From positions 700 to 64,699 of the forward strand of contig CAUZIB010000011.1 of the NCBI GenBank assembly GCA_963579735.1: 64,000 nucleotides of DNA, given 5' to 3'. This stretch comes from Vicinamibacteria bacterium. Lineage in GTDB: Bacteria > Acidobacteriota > Vicinamibacteria > Vicinamibacterales > UBA8438. The position numbers and the translations under genes are program-made. The notes under the pieces were generated by a model. The model was not told where the DNA came from. It did no database searches and saw only the letters and a list, made by a program, of their open reading frames with translations. Positions 53,316 to 63,540 of this stretch are shown piece after piece (position 1 is the stretch's first letter; every line of letters starts with the position of its first letter).

Positions 53316-54917
53316 ATGAGACGATTTACTCACCCGCTGACGGCGGCCGTCGTCATTACTGTCGGATGGCCGGGGATGGCCACGACATCTGCTCAGCCCG
53401 CATCTGTCTCCACCCACGATCTCCGTCTTGTCGAAGCGGCCGAACGACAGGAGATGAGTGCGGTGCAATCGCTGCTCGCGCAAGGGGTGGGCGTGGATGC
53501 TCCGCAGGCGGACGGCGCGACGGCCCTGGCCTGGACGGTGCATTGGGACGACCGGCCGATGACCGACCTGCTGATCGCGGCCGGTGCCGACGTGAATCTT
53601 TCCAACGACCTCGGGGTCACGGCCCTTATGCTCGCCTGCGCAAACGGGAGCGCAGGGATGGTCGAGACGTTGCTCCAGGCCGGCGCCGATCCAAATTTGG
53701 CCCGCTCAACGGGAGAGACGCCGTTGATGATTGCATCGCGCACAGGCAATGTCTTGGTGGTGAGGCAGCTGGTCGCGAGGGGTGCCAACATCGACGCGGC
53801 GACGCACGGGGGGCACACGGCACTCATGTGGGCGGCGGCCGAACAGCATGCTGGGATCGTGACCGTCCTGGCGGAGGTCGGTGCGAATGTGCACGCACGC
53901 ACCGCCGTCGTTACGCCACCGTCGAGAACGCGCGTTCGAGAGGCCACCGTGCTCAGCCGATACGAAGCCGTCAATCCGGCCGACATACCGCGAGATGGGG
54001 ATAGCGACCCACCTCGCGCCCAAGGTGGTTTCACGCCGTTGCTGCACGCGGTGCTGGCCGGAGACCTCGCGACAGTGGGGGTACTGCTGGCCGCCGGCGC
54101 AGATGTAGACGAAGCCGCACCCGACGGCGTCACCGCTCTGATGTTGGCTCTGACCAAGCGTCACGAGACGGTCGCGCTGTACCTGATTGAACGAGGTGCG
54201 GACCCTCGGTCGGCCGAGACGGGCTATACCGCCCTCCACCTCGCTAGTGCGACTGGGCAGCATGCCGCCGCGCGCGCCCTGCTCGCGAGCGGGGCGGACC
54301 CGAACCAACGGATGGAGATGCCCCAGCGTTTGACCACCGCATTCGAGATCGGCGTCTTCTCATCGCCGGGATCGGGCCGTCTCACCCAGCGGGGATCGTC
54401 GCCGTTTCTGGTGGCGGCCAAGTCTGCCGATGCGGTCATGATGGAGCTGCTGGCTGAGGGGGGCGCCGACCCCATGCTCACCACCGACGACGGAACGACC
54501 GCTCTGATGCTGGCGGCCGGTCTTGGCAAGCGGGCGGCGTCGGACATCACCTATTACGAATGGAACGAAGCGAAAGCCGTCGCGGCGCTCAGTGTCGGGC
54601 TTGAGTTGGGGCTTGATCTCGACGCGACGAATGACCATGGCGAGACGGCGCTGCACGCGGCGGCCTATCATAATGCCAACGACGTCATCGAGTTTCTGGT
54701 GAGCGCCGGTGCGAACATCGACGTAACGAACGCGGCGGAGCAAACACCGTTGCGGGTCGCCGAAGGCCACCTGATCTGCTGTACGACCTATGTGCGCCAC
54801 CTAGAGGCGGCGACGCGTCTGCGTGAGCTAGGTGCGGACCGCACCGCCGGTATGCAGTTGACGTTTGGGCTGACGAACTTCGGTGACCAGGACGAGTCGG
54901 GCGAGCCAGAGGAATGA
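53316..54917 (+). CDS. secreted ankyrin-repeat protein (copy 2)
   Basis: ATG 53316 and signal peptide (MRRFTHPLTAAVVITVGWPGMATTSAQP). It is collinear with copy 1 (GVTALMLACANGSAGMVETLLQAGADPN versus VTPLALACTNGSAGMVHRLLKAGADVN). The stop overlaps the next start (ATGA). Confidence 0.9.
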   Translation: MRRFTHPLTAAVVITVGWPGMATTSAQPASVSTHDLRLVEAAERQEMSAVQSLLAQGVGVDAPQADGATALAWTVHWDDRPMTDLLIAAGADVNLSNDLGVTALMLACANGSAGMVETLLQAGADPNLARSTGETPLMIASRTGNVLVVRQLVARGANIDAATHGGHTALMWAAAEQHAGIVTVLAEVGANVHARTAVVTPPSRTRVREATVLSRYEAVNPADIPRDGDSDPPRAQGGFTPLLHAVLAGDLATVGVLLAAGADVDEAAPDGVTALMLALTKRHETVALYLIERGADPRSAETGYTALHLASATGQHAAARALLASGADPNQRMEMPQRLTTAFEIGVFSSPGSGRLTQRGSSPFLVAAKSADAVMMELLAEGGADPMLTTDDGTTALMLAAGLGKRAASDITYYEWNEAKAVAALSVGLELGLDLDATNDHGETALHAAAYHNANDVIEFLVSAGANIDVTNAAEQTPLRVAEGHLICCTTYVRHLEAATRLRELGADRTAGMQLTFGLTNFGDQDESGEPEE

Positions 54918-57262
54918 CACGACTATCAACGTTCGCCCTGGGGCTCGTCACGTGGCTAGGGGTGATCACCACGCCGGTCACCGTTGTCTACGGGCAGCAG
55001 CTCGTGGGCGAGTCCGCAGAAGTTCCGTCCGTTACAGAGGTGCTCGACCGCTACTGCGTGACGTGCCACAACCAGCGTCTCCAGACCGGCGGGCTGACTC
55101 TCGATACGGTTGACGCGGACCACGTGGGCGACGATGCAGCGGTGTGGGAAAAGGTGGTCCGCAAGCTGCGGACCGGGCTCATGCCGCCCTCGTCCCGGCC
55201 CCGTCCGGACGCTGATACCTATGCCAGACTCGTGTCCCATTTCGAGACCGCGCTAGACCGGGCGGCTGCCGCCAACCCCAATCCGGGGCGGCCAGTCGTC
55301 CAGCGCCTCAACCGGACGGAGTACGCGAATGCCGTGCGCGATCTGCTGGCGCTCGAGGTCGACGGTCGGGCCCTGCTGCCGGCCGACGAGTCCGGATACG
55401 GGTTTGACAACATCGGCGATGTTCTGTCCGTCTCGCCGGGGTTGCTCGAGCGCTATTTGCTAGCCGCCGCGAAAATCAGTCGGCAAGCGGTGGGCGATCC
55501 AACGCTGAGACCGGCCACGGCCGTGTACAAGACCTCGCCGCTTCTGGCGCAGAACGACCGGGTGAGCGAGGCGCTGCCCTTTGGTTCTCGCGGCGGTATT
55601 GCGGCGCGTCATCACTTTCCGCTCGATGCCGAGTATCTCGTCAAGGTGTATCTGCGGGGCAGGGCGCGGGCGGGTCATCAGTTGGAAGTTCGGCTTGACC
55701 GAGAGCGGGTTCGACTCTTTGACCTGGCCGACCGCGGGCCGCTGCAGATTCGTCTCTCGGTCCGGGCGGGTACGCGGTTGCTGGGCGTGTCGTTTGTCGG
55801 CGCGCTCGAGCATTCGCTTCCTGTGGACGGTCGTCCGCCACCCCCGTCGATTACTAGTTTCGCGTTTACGCTGTATCCGAACGACCCGTCCGTAGAACGC
55901 GTCGAAGTCGTGGGGCCGTATGACGGCCAGGTGCCGGCCGATACGCCGAGCCGACGGGCCATTTTTGGGTGCTACCCGGAAGTCGTCGCGGACGAGCCGC
56001 ACTGCGCCACGCAGATTCTCTCCTCGCTTGCACGCCGGGCGTATCGGCGACCGGTCACTGAGTCCGACCTCGCGCCCTTGCTGGCCTCGTATGAGAGTGG
56101 TCGTCGCGACGGAGGCGGGTTCGATGACGGCATCCGCTGGGCGCTCGAGATGCTCCTGGTGTCGCCGAAATTTTTGTTCCGGATGGAGCACGACCCGCGC
56201 GATGTGGCGCCGGGTACACCGTATCCCATCACTGACCTCGAGCTGGCGTCCCGGTTGGCGTTCTTTCTCTGGAGTAGTCTTCCCGACGACGAGCTCCTGG
56301 ACCTGGGCGAACGCGAAGTCCTCAGCGAGCCCGCGGCGCTTGACCGACAGGTCCGTCGGATGCTCGCTGACCCGCGCTCCACGGCGCTGGTCGAGAATTT
56401 TGCCGGCCAGTGGCTCTATCTGCGCAACCTACGGTCCGTGGCGCCGGATACCGTCCAGTTTCCAGATTTTGATGACAACCTGAGAGTCGCGCTCCGACGA
56501 GAGACCGAGCTGCTGGTCGAGAGTCAGCTGCGTGAGAATCGCAGCGTGCATGATCTCTTGCGGGCCGACTATACCTTTCTAAACGAGCGGTTGGCCCGAC
56601 ACTACGAGATACCGAATATCTATGGAAGTCACTTCCGGCGCGTGACCCACCGGGACGACCAACGGGCAGGTTTGCTGGGGCAGGGCAGTATTCTGACCGT
56701 GACGTCCTATCCGCATCGGACGTCACCCGTGGTTCGGGGCAAGTGGCTGCTAGAGAATCTGTTGGGGTCACCGCCACCCCCGCCTCCCGCGGACGTTCCC
56801 GGTTTGCCAGAAACGACGAATGACCGACAACCGGTGTCGATGCGTGAGCGGATGGCGGAGCACCGCGCGAACCCGGTCTGCGCGACGTGTCACGCGCAGA
56901 TCGACCCGCTGGGATTTGCGCTCGAGAATTTTGACGCCGTGGGGAGATGGCGGACGAGCGAGGGCGCCGCCGACACACTGATCGATGCCTCGGGCGAGCT
57001 GCCCGACGGCGCTGCGTTTGATGGCCCGGCGGCGTTCCGCGATGCGTTGCTCCGAGAGCCGTGGAGTCGCGAATTTGTCGGCACGGTGACGGAGAAGCTA
57101 TTGACCTACGCCCTTGGCCGCGGTCTCGAGTATTACGACGCACCGGTGGTGCGTCGCATTCTCGCGGACGCTGAACCCGACGGCTATCGGTGGTCGGATT
57201 TGATTTCGGGGATCGTTACGAGCACGCCGTTTCAGATGCGGCGAACGCAGGAGAAGCCATGA
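54914..57262 (+). CDS. DUF1592-type protein with two CxxCH motifs (copy 2)
   Basis: YCVTCHN...GLMPP at the N-terminus and CATCHAQIDPLGFALENFDAVGRWR at the C-terminus. It is collinear with 40931-43405 throughout. Confidence 0.85.
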   Translation: MTRLSTFALGLVTWLGVITTPVTVVYGQQLVGESAEVPSVTEVLDRYCVTCHNQRLQTGGLTLDTVDADHVGDDAAVWEKVVRKLRTGLMPPSSRPRPDADTYARLVSHFETALDRAAAANPNPGRPVVQRLNRTEYANAVRDLLALEVDGRALLPADESGYGFDNIGDVLSVSPGLLERYLLAAAKISRQAVGDPTLRPATAVYKTSPLLAQNDRVSEALPFGSRGGIAARHHFPLDAEYLVKVYLRGRARAGHQLEVRLDRERVRLFDLADRGPLQIRLSVRAGTRLLGVSFVGALEHSLPVDGRPPPPSITSFAFTLYPNDPSVERVEVVGPYDGQVPADTPSRRAIFGCYPEVVADEPHCATQILSSLARRAYRRPVTESDLAPLLASYESGRRDGGGFDDGIRWALEMLLVSPKFLFRMEHDPRDVAPGTPYPITDLELASRLAFFLWSSLPDDELLDLGEREVLSEPAALDRQVRRMLADPRSTALVENFAGQWLYLRNLRSVAPDTVQFPDFDDNLRVALRRETELLVESQLRENRSVHDLLRADYTFLNERLARHYEIPNIYGSHFRRVTHRDDQRAGLLGQGSILTVTSYPHRTSPVVRGKWLLENLLGSPPPPPPADVPGLPETTNDRQPVSMRERMAEHRANPVCATCHAQIDPLGFALENFDAVGRWRTSEGAADTLIDASGELPDGAAFDGPAAFRDALLREPWSREFVGTVTEKLLTYALGRGLEYYDAPVVRRILADAEPDGYRWSDLISGIVTSTPFQMRRTQEKP

Positions 57263-58614
57263 TCATCACGAAGAAGTGCGTGCCTCGGCGAACGGTCTTG
57301 CGCGGTTTGGGAGCGTCTCTGGCGTTGCCACTGCTGGACGGGATGGTGCCGGCGTTGTCCGCGACCCGCACCACGGCCGCCCACCCGGTCCGCCGTCTGG
57401 GGGCCATTTATGTTCCCAATGGGGTCGAGATGCGCTCGTGGACGCCGACCGCGGGCGGCACGTCGCTCGAGCTCACGCCAGTGCTGGCCCCCCTCGACCC
57501 GGTGCGTCATCAGGTCAACGTACTCTCGGGCTTGGCCGATAAGGTCGCGATTCCTCGTGACGGCGAAGGCGTGGGCGACCACGCTCGCGCGGCATCCACT
57601 TGGCTGACCGGCATGCATGTGAAGAAGACCGAGGGACCGGATATCCGGGCTGGTATCTCCGTCGACCAGATCGCGGCGCAGACACTCGGTAACGACACAC
57701 AGCTTGCATCCCTGGAGCTGGCGATCGACTCGGTCGAGGTGCTGGGCGCCTGCGACCAAGGGTATAGCTGCGCGTATGCGAACACGATCGCCTGGCGCAC
57801 GCCAACCACGCCGCTCCCGATGGAGAACAACCCCCGCGCGGTGTTCGAGCGCTTGTTTGGCGCAGCCGACAGCACGGACATACGGTCTCGGCTGGCACGG
57901 ATTCGTCAGGACCGCAGCATTCTCGACTTCGTGACCGACGAGGCGAACGAGCTTCGGCACACCCTCGGCGCGGGTGACCAAATCAAACTTGCGCAGTATC
58001 TCGACGCCGTGCGCGACACCGAGCGACGTATCCAGAAGGCCGAGGAGCAGAGCGACCGCGAAATGCCGGTCGTGGACCAACCGGTTGGTATTCCCGGCAC
58101 GTTCGAAGAGCACTGTCGTCTCATGTTTGACCTGCTGGCCCTCGCTTATCAAACCGACCTGACACGGGTGAGCACGTTCATGTTTGGCAAAGAGGTCAGT
58201 GGTCGCTCGTTTCCGGAGATTGGTGTCCCCGGCGGACACCACGGGTATTCGCATCACCAGAATGATCCTGAGAATCTGGCGATGCTGGCCAAGATCAACA
58301 CGCACCACATTCGGCAGTTCGGTTACTTTCTCGAAAAGCTCGATGCGACCCCGGACGGGGATGGATCGCTGCTTGACCACTCGCTCTTCATCTATGGTTC
58401 CGGTATCAGCGACGGCAACCTGCACTTCCACCTCGACCTGCCGACGCTGCTGGCGGGAGGCGGAGGCGGGCACGTCAAGGGCGGCCGGCATCTCCGTTAT
58501 CCAACCGAGACCCCGCTCGCGAACCTCCACGTCTCAGTGCTCGACAAGCTTGGGCTGCCAGTGGAGACGTTCGGCGATAGCACCGGTGCGCTGGGCTACC
58601 TATCTGATCTCTAG
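57259..58614 (+). CDS. DUF1552 family protein with Tat-type leader (copy 2)
   Basis: MIITKKCVPRRTVLRGLGASLALPLLDGMVPA leader. ATGA overlap with the upstream gene. It is collinear with 43435-44793. Confidence 0.85.
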   Translation: MIITKKCVPRRTVLRGLGASLALPLLDGMVPALSATRTTAAHPVRRLGAIYVPNGVEMRSWTPTAGGTSLELTPVLAPLDPVRHQVNVLSGLADKVAIPRDGEGVGDHARAASTWLTGMHVKKTEGPDIRAGISVDQIAAQTLGNDTQLASLELAIDSVEVLGACDQGYSCAYANTIAWRTPTTPLPMENNPRAVFERLFGAADSTDIRSRLARIRQDRSILDFVTDEANELRHTLGAGDQIKLAQYLDAVRDTERRIQKAEEQSDREMPVVDQPVGIPGTFEEHCRLMFDLLALAYQTDLTRVSTFMFGKEVSGRSFPEIGVPGGHHGYSHHQNDPENLAMLAKINTHHIRQFGYFLEKLDATPDGDGSLLDHSLFIYGSGISDGNLHFHLDLPTLLAGGGGGHVKGGRHLRYPTETPLANLHVSVLDKLGLPVETFGDSTGALGYLSDL

Positions 58615-58733
58615 AGTGGACCTCTGCGTCATGCCGTGCCGGGGAACATGGACGGGCCGACGCCCTTCCAGACTGAAGGCGTTTCTCGATGGGGGCGACG
58701 CGATGACCAAGGGCGGCCGGATCGTCAAGAGAA

Positions 58734-58762
58734 GGCGGGGCCGACTGGGAGTCGGCCCCGCC
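58734..58762. terminator. GC-rich hairpin between convergent genes (12-bp perfect stem, 5-nt loop)
   Basis: GGCGGGGCCGAC (58734-58745), loop TGGGA, GTCGGCCCCGCC (58751-58762). It lies between the DUF1552 gene (+) and the BON-domain gene (-). There is no strong U-tract. Confidence 0.5.
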
Positions 58763-58774
58763 ACCTAAACCTGC

Positions 58775-59593
58775 TTAGTCGTTCGCGACCACTGCGACCG
58801 GTGCGTCGGGTTCAGCCGGTGCCTTGTCTGGAACGGCTTTCTTCATCAGCTCTGCCTTTGTCCGCAGTTGGTTGTCTACACGGATGACACCAAACGTGCG
58901 TCGCGCGACGGCCTCGACCTGGACCCGGTCACCTTGCGTCAGGACCGCGCCCTTCAAGGTCACATAGCCGTTTCTGACGATCAGATGGATGCTCGGGTCG
59001 AGACCAAGATACCGTGAGAACGTTGGGGTCCCGTAGATCCGTCGAGCCAACGCGGCGCGAAGGCGCTCGTCCCCAATGGCGGGCGACAAGATCTCGAGTT
59101 CAATCACCACCCCCTTGACGCCAGCGACGCGCGACACTCGCTCTCGAAGGTCGCCCGGCTTGTCTGGTCGGGCAGTGACCACGCCGCGGAGTGTCACGAC
59201 CGAATCGACGATCTCGCCACTGACATAGTCGAAGACGGTGTAGTACTCGTAGCGGCGAATGGCTTCCGCGACCGCGTTGGCCAGCGCTCTTGGACCATCA
59301 GCGTCTCGGATTGTGAGATAGCTGACCACGCTGACAACTCCATCGGTCTTGCTGGCTCTCTCGATCGCCCATTCGCGGTGCCACAAACTGGGGACCTCAC
59401 CTCGCAGTATGACCTCCGTATTGCTCGTTTCCACAGCAACCGCAAACCCGACGAGTTCCTCAGCGGCGAGCCGCTGCCGGACATCGTTGGTGAGGTCGGC
59501 CGACGGTGCCGCCGAGGCACCTGTCGCGACAGTGAGGCCGGCTACCAGGCACAAAACCGGGATGTGTCGTGCAACGATCTGCGTGCGTGTCAT
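58775..59593 (-). CDS. secreted BON-domain protein (three BON-like repeats)
   Basis: ATG 59593 with a GGAGAGGAG RBS and a signal peptide. Repeated motifs V.V....V.L.G.V (VAVETSNTEVILRGEV, GEIVDSVVTLRGVV, LIVRNGYVTLKGAV). The ORF-track start at 59803 is an over-extension. Confidence 0.75.
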   Translation of the reverse strand: MTRTQIVARHIPVLCLVAGLTVATGASAAPSADLTNDVRQRLAAEELVGFAVAVETSNTEVILRGEVPSLWHREWAIERASKTDGVVSVVSYLTIRDADGPRALANAVAEAIRRYEYYTVFDYVSGEIVDSVVTLRGVVTARPDKPGDLRERVSRVAGVKGVVIELEILSPAIGDERLRAALARRIYGTPTFSRYLGLDPSIHLIVRNGYVTLKGAVLTQGDRVQVEAVARRTFGVIRVDNQLRTKAELMKKAVPDKAPAEPDAPVAVVAND

Positions 59594-59907
59594 TGTGTTT
59601 TCTCCTCTCCGGGGACGCCGACGGTGTCCCGACTCAGGTGCTGTTCTGTCGGTAACTACTTCACGGAACGTGCCACCTCTCCTTCGCGGCCCGCTGATGG
59701 CTCGAAGTCCAATAAACACAACATGATGACGAGCCTGTCCGTAGTTGCCGTGCCCTGCCAGAGAGACCAATATTGGGGACACCGGCCAGCGTTTGAGGGA
59801 CACGTGCGAACGCGCGTGGAGCTTTCAGCAGTCCCGACACTGCGTTGAAATCGGCAAAGTTGCTACGATGCCGCAGTCCAATGAAACACACCCACCGGAG
59901 GTACCCC

Positions 59908-60915
59908 ATGTCACGAGCGATTTCGTTCTTCTTTCTGCTACCGGGCACCATTTTGCTGAGTCTGTCCAGCGTCAACGAGGTCTCCGCCCAGACCTGTAGT
60001 GCTGACGGCGATGTGCAGTTTGTCTGCGGCACCACTAATCCTGAAGATCTGTTCCTGATACCAGAGACTCCGTGGGTCATCGCATCCGGCCGGGTATCTG
60101 ATGTGGCGGGCCCGATCTACGCGGTGCACATTCGTGACCACAGTGTTCGGGAAATATTCCCGCAAGGCGCCTCATCGCCGGAACACGACACAACGACCTA
60201 TAGAGAGTGCCCGGGTGCGAACCCGATTTTTCAACCCCATGGTCTCACGCTACGAGAAGGGAGCGAGGGCAGGCATACCCTGTATGTGGTCGGTCATGGC
60301 GCACGGGAAGCGATTGAAGTATTCGACCTGGACGTACGCGGCGACTTTCCGTCGCTCACCTGGATCGGTTGCATAGTTGCCCCGGAAGGGACACAAAGAA
60401 TAAATTCCATCACCGCGTTGCCAAACGGCACCCTCGGCGCGACAAATTTCGATAGGGATGGTGGTGAATTGTGGGAGTGGCATCCCACGACGGGTTGGGC
60501 CGAAGTGCCGGGCAGTCAGATGCCTGGTCCCAATGGACTCGTATCTTCCGCCGACGGTCAGTGGTTTTATATTGGTGGGTGGAGTGACCAGGCCCTGGTT
60601 CGCCTCTCACGAGGACAGACACCGATTCAAGTCGATGCGGCCCCGGTGGGATTCAACGTCGACAACGTCCGTGTCGGGAACGATGGCAACATCATTGTCG
60701 CTGGTCATGTCACTCGTTGCGATGAATCCAGCGACTGTGAATTGGCGGTGGCTCGTGTTGCCAAAGTCAACCCCACGACGCTTGAGGTGCAACAACTGGT
60801 GGACTACAAGGGTAACGAGTTTTTTAGGCTGGGAACCGTGGCTATCGAAGTCGACGATGAGATCTGGGTGGGCGGTATACGGGGCAGCCTCGGGATAGCC
60901 CGTTTCCCACAGTAG
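59908..60915 (+). CDS. secreted six-bladed beta-propeller protein, SGL/paraoxonase/arylesterase-like
   Basis: GGAGG RBS and a signal peptide. Propeller-like repeats (PHGLTLREG..., PNGTLGATNF, PNGLVSSADGQWFYIGG, GNDGNIIVAGH). The family assignment is tentative. Confidence 0.45.
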   Translation: MSRAISFFFLLPGTILLSLSSVNEVSAQTCSADGDVQFVCGTTNPEDLFLIPETPWVIASGRVSDVAGPIYAVHIRDHSVREIFPQGASSPEHDTTTYRECPGANPIFQPHGLTLREGSEGRHTLYVVGHGAREAIEVFDLDVRGDFPSLTWIGCIVAPEGTQRINSITALPNGTLGATNFDRDGGELWEWHPTTGWAEVPGSQMPGPNGLVSSADGQWFYIGGWSDQALVRLSRGQTPIQVDAAPVGFNVDNVRVGNDGNIIVAGHVTRCDESSDCELAVARVAKVNPTTLEVQQLVDYKGNEFFRLGTVAIEVDDEIWVGGIRGSLGIARFPQ

Positions 60916-61101
60916 TCCGCTTGGGGTGAAGTATGCTGCGGCGGACTCGGTCTCGACCGATGGGCGCTTGAAACGCGCCCTCCGGCGCCGTCCTCGTGAC
61001 GAGGACGCGATCCGCGGCAATGCGTTGTCAAGGTCACCGTATCGGGCCGAATGGCTTGTGACCAGGCCGCGTCTCTTACGGCAGAACACGTGCGAGGAAA
61101 T

Positions 61102-62352
61102 ATGAACAGAAGCCGATTGGTAGTGGGACTGTGGGCTCTGTCGGTGGCCCTGGTCCCCGGTGTGACAACGGCCCAGCCCGAGATGCTGGTGTTGGGAGGT
61201 GAGGGCAGCCACTGCGGGGAAGACCCGGACTGCATGAACCGGTTGCATCCTGACATCCCGATGGCCGCGCGCGCGGAGCCTGGACAGACGATTCTGTTTC
61301 GGGCCCGTAACGCCAGCGACTTCGCGCTTGACCCCAGCATCACCGATGTCGACCCGCGTGAGGGCGACCCGCAGATTGGTACGGTGCATCCCCTCACCGG
61401 TCCGGTGCATATAGAGGGAGCCGCGCGAGGTGACGTGCTCGCGGTCACGTTGCTCGACATAGAGCCGGGGCCGTTCGGCTACACGTCGGTCAGTCCGATC
61501 GGGTTCGTGTCCGACCACATAAGCGGCGGATTTCGTGCCCTCTGGCGACTGAACCGGCTGGAGGCGGTGAGTGACGACGTCCCCGGCGTGCGGATTCCGA
61601 ACGCCAGTTTTCCTGGCATCGTCACGGTATTGCCTGGACCAGCGGAACTCGATGCGATGCTGTCGCGCGAGGCCGAGTTGCGCGTGCTGGGTGGTGCTGG
61701 CTTTGCGCCGCACTCACTGCACGCCTCGCCGGACGCGGTGTGTGGACCGACGGGGTCGGCCGCCTCCGAATGTCTGCGCACGTTGCCTCCGCGCGAACAT
61801 GGCGGCAACCTCGACATCCGGTATCTGCAAGTCGGCGTGACACTCTACCTGCCGTGCTACATCGAGGGATGTGGGCTCGCGATCGGCGACCCGCATTTTG
61901 CACAGGGTGACGGCGAGGTTTCGGGCACCGCCATCGAAATGGATGCCAACTTCATGGTGACCACCCGGCTCATCAAGGACGGGCCCGAACTGGTACGTGG
62001 ACCGCACTTTGAGGGCCCGGTCCGAGTGCTCGACATTCCCTCCCGTCGTTTCTATGCAACGACCGGCTTCCCGCTGAAGGGTGTGGGCGAGGTGCCACCG
62101 GACATGCGGTATCTCGGTGCGAACGAGCGTATCGCCGGGCTACGAAACCTGTCGAAGGATGTCTCCCTGGCCGCTCGAAATGCGCTACTAGAGATGATCG
62201 GCTATATCACCACGACCTACGGACTGACGCCCGAGCAAGCCTATGTCGTGGCAAGTGTCGCCGTTGACTTGCGTATCGGACAACTCGTCGACGCCCCGAA
62301 CGTTGGAGTGACGGCGCTCCTGCCCTTGGATATCTTCAACGGCGCGCGGTAG
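61102..62352 (+). CDS. acetamidase/formamidase (FmdA/AmdA) family amidohydrolase with signal peptide
   Basis: ATG 61102 and signal peptide MNRSRLVVGLWALSVALVPGVTTAQPE. Motifs HPLTGPVHIEGA.RGDVLAV, PREHGGNLDIRYL and GDPHFAQGDGEVSGTAIEM. Confidence 0.85.
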   Translation: MNRSRLVVGLWALSVALVPGVTTAQPEMLVLGGEGSHCGEDPDCMNRLHPDIPMAARAEPGQTILFRARNASDFALDPSITDVDPREGDPQIGTVHPLTGPVHIEGAARGDVLAVTLLDIEPGPFGYTSVSPIGFVSDHISGGFRALWRLNRLEAVSDDVPGVRIPNASFPGIVTVLPGPAELDAMLSREAELRVLGGAGFAPHSLHASPDAVCGPTGSAASECLRTLPPREHGGNLDIRYLQVGVTLYLPCYIEGCGLAIGDPHFAQGDGEVSGTAIEMDANFMVTTRLIKDGPELVRGPHFEGPVRVLDIPSRRFYATTGFPLKGVGEVPPDMRYLGANERIAGLRNLSKDVSLAARNALLEMIGYITTTYGLTPEQAYVVASVAVDLRIGQLVDAPNVGVTALLPLDIFNGAR

Positions 62353-62634
62353 GCACCGACATCCACTGCCGTTGAGACCATGTCAAGCACTGTGCCAGGC
62401 CACGTTAGTGCCAGGCTCGATATGCGCGTGCCGTGAACGCGGAACGAATGGAATACCACAGATGCATGGCAGAGCACTGGGACGACATGCGGCCGATTTC
62501 TTCAACGAGCCGAATGGGTTGCTCGTGAAAGACATAGTCGAAAGCAATAAACATCTATCGTAGTTGAGGAGACGCACCTTGCTGTCGGCGTCGTCTCTCT
62601 CGTCGGCCGGCTCTCGAAGGGGAAAGGAATACCG

Positions 62635-63417
62635 ATGAATATCAAGATGATGAATTGCCGCGCGGCGCTGGATATTCTCGTTCTGACGGGAGTTTTTTCG
62701 GGAGTGATCCCGCAACTCGTGTTTGCCCAGTCGACGGAGGACATCAGAGCCGTGATGCGGGTCGAGATCGAAGGCGAATCTCCTATGGACATGGAGTACT
62801 CCCTGGGCCAGGACAGGATGCGCCTCGATATGCCCCAGGAGGTGTCGGTCATCTCGACGACGGGCGCCAGTCCCTCCATGGTGATGGTCCAGCACGCCGA
62901 GCAGCGCTACATCGAGTGGGGCCCGCAGCAACTCGAAATGATGCGTCAAATGCTGCAGCGTGTGCCCGGCGCAGGCGGCGCGGAGCCCGACATCTTCGAC
63001 CCGACGACGATGGAATTCGAGGAGACCGGACAGACCGCGCAGATTGGCAATTGGAACGCGTTCGAGGTCCTGATGCGCGGCGCGGACGGTCAAGAAGGAA
63101 CGTTGTGGCTCAGTACGGAGGCGGAGGTCGGTCTTTTCGAGCTCTCGCTTCGCGCGGCAGAAGCGGCCAGCATGCTTCAGAACCCGATGACTGGAGGTGG
63201 GGCCGGCTCACAACAGTTCTTGCAATACCGTTCCCTCGCCGAGGCGCAAGGACTGCCAGACGGTCGCGTGGTGAGAATCGTGTCGAGCCCGGACGATGGC
63301 GGAGGCACCGTCACGCTCATGAGCGCCGAAACTGGACCATTGCCGGACGGCACGTTCGCACCGCCGGTGGGATACGAGCCAATGCAAATGCCCTCGATCC
63401 CTGGATTCCCGGACTGA
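62635..63417 (+). CDS. secreted hypothetical protein (DUF4412/LolA-like fold suspected)
   Basis: RBS GAAAGGA and a signal peptide (ILVLTGVFSGVIPQLVFAQS). Met-rich, with no catalytic motif recognised. Confidence 0.5.
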   Translation: MNIKMMNCRAALDILVLTGVFSGVIPQLVFAQSTEDIRAVMRVEIEGESPMDMEYSLGQDRMRLDMPQEVSVISTTGASPSMVMVQHAEQRYIEWGPQQLEMMRQMLQRVPGAGGAEPDIFDPTTMEFEETGQTAQIGNWNAFEVLMRGADGQEGTLWLSTEAEVGLFELSLRAAEAASMLQNPMTGGGAGSQQFLQYRSLAEAQGLPDGRVVRIVSSPDDGGGTVTLMSAETGPLPDGTFAPPVGYEPMQMPSIPGFPD

Positions 63418-63540
63418 CGTGAGAGGCTGATTCGTCAAACCGCTCCAAGCGGTCAGGCACATATCGCAGGTCGGCGACCCAGGCGGAGAGAATCCCGGTA
63501 AGAGTCTCTGGGTTGCGCGTTGTTGCGAGGAATCCATGTC

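Noticed and set aside
57232-58530. 432-aa minus-strand ORF
   Set aside because: It is antisense to the well-supported DUF1552 copy 2. Its composition is Arg-rich and low-complexity, with no RBS or recognisable domain.
60962-61007. Two short GC hairpins after the lactonase-like gene (GGGCGC...GCGCCC and CGTCCTCG-TGA-CGAGGACG)
   Set aside because: They are plausible weak terminators. However, the stems are short (6-8 bp) and lack U-tracts, so they are not distinctive enough to list as features.
60607-61713. 368-aa minus-strand ORF spanning the lactonase-like / formamidase boundary
   Set aside because: It is antisense to two supported plus-strand genes and crosses their intergenic region. It has no motifs.
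62372-62563. 63-aa plus-strand ORF in the AT-richer region upstream of the DUF4412-like gene
   Set aside because: It has no RBS, signal or motif. The region looks like promoter DNA.
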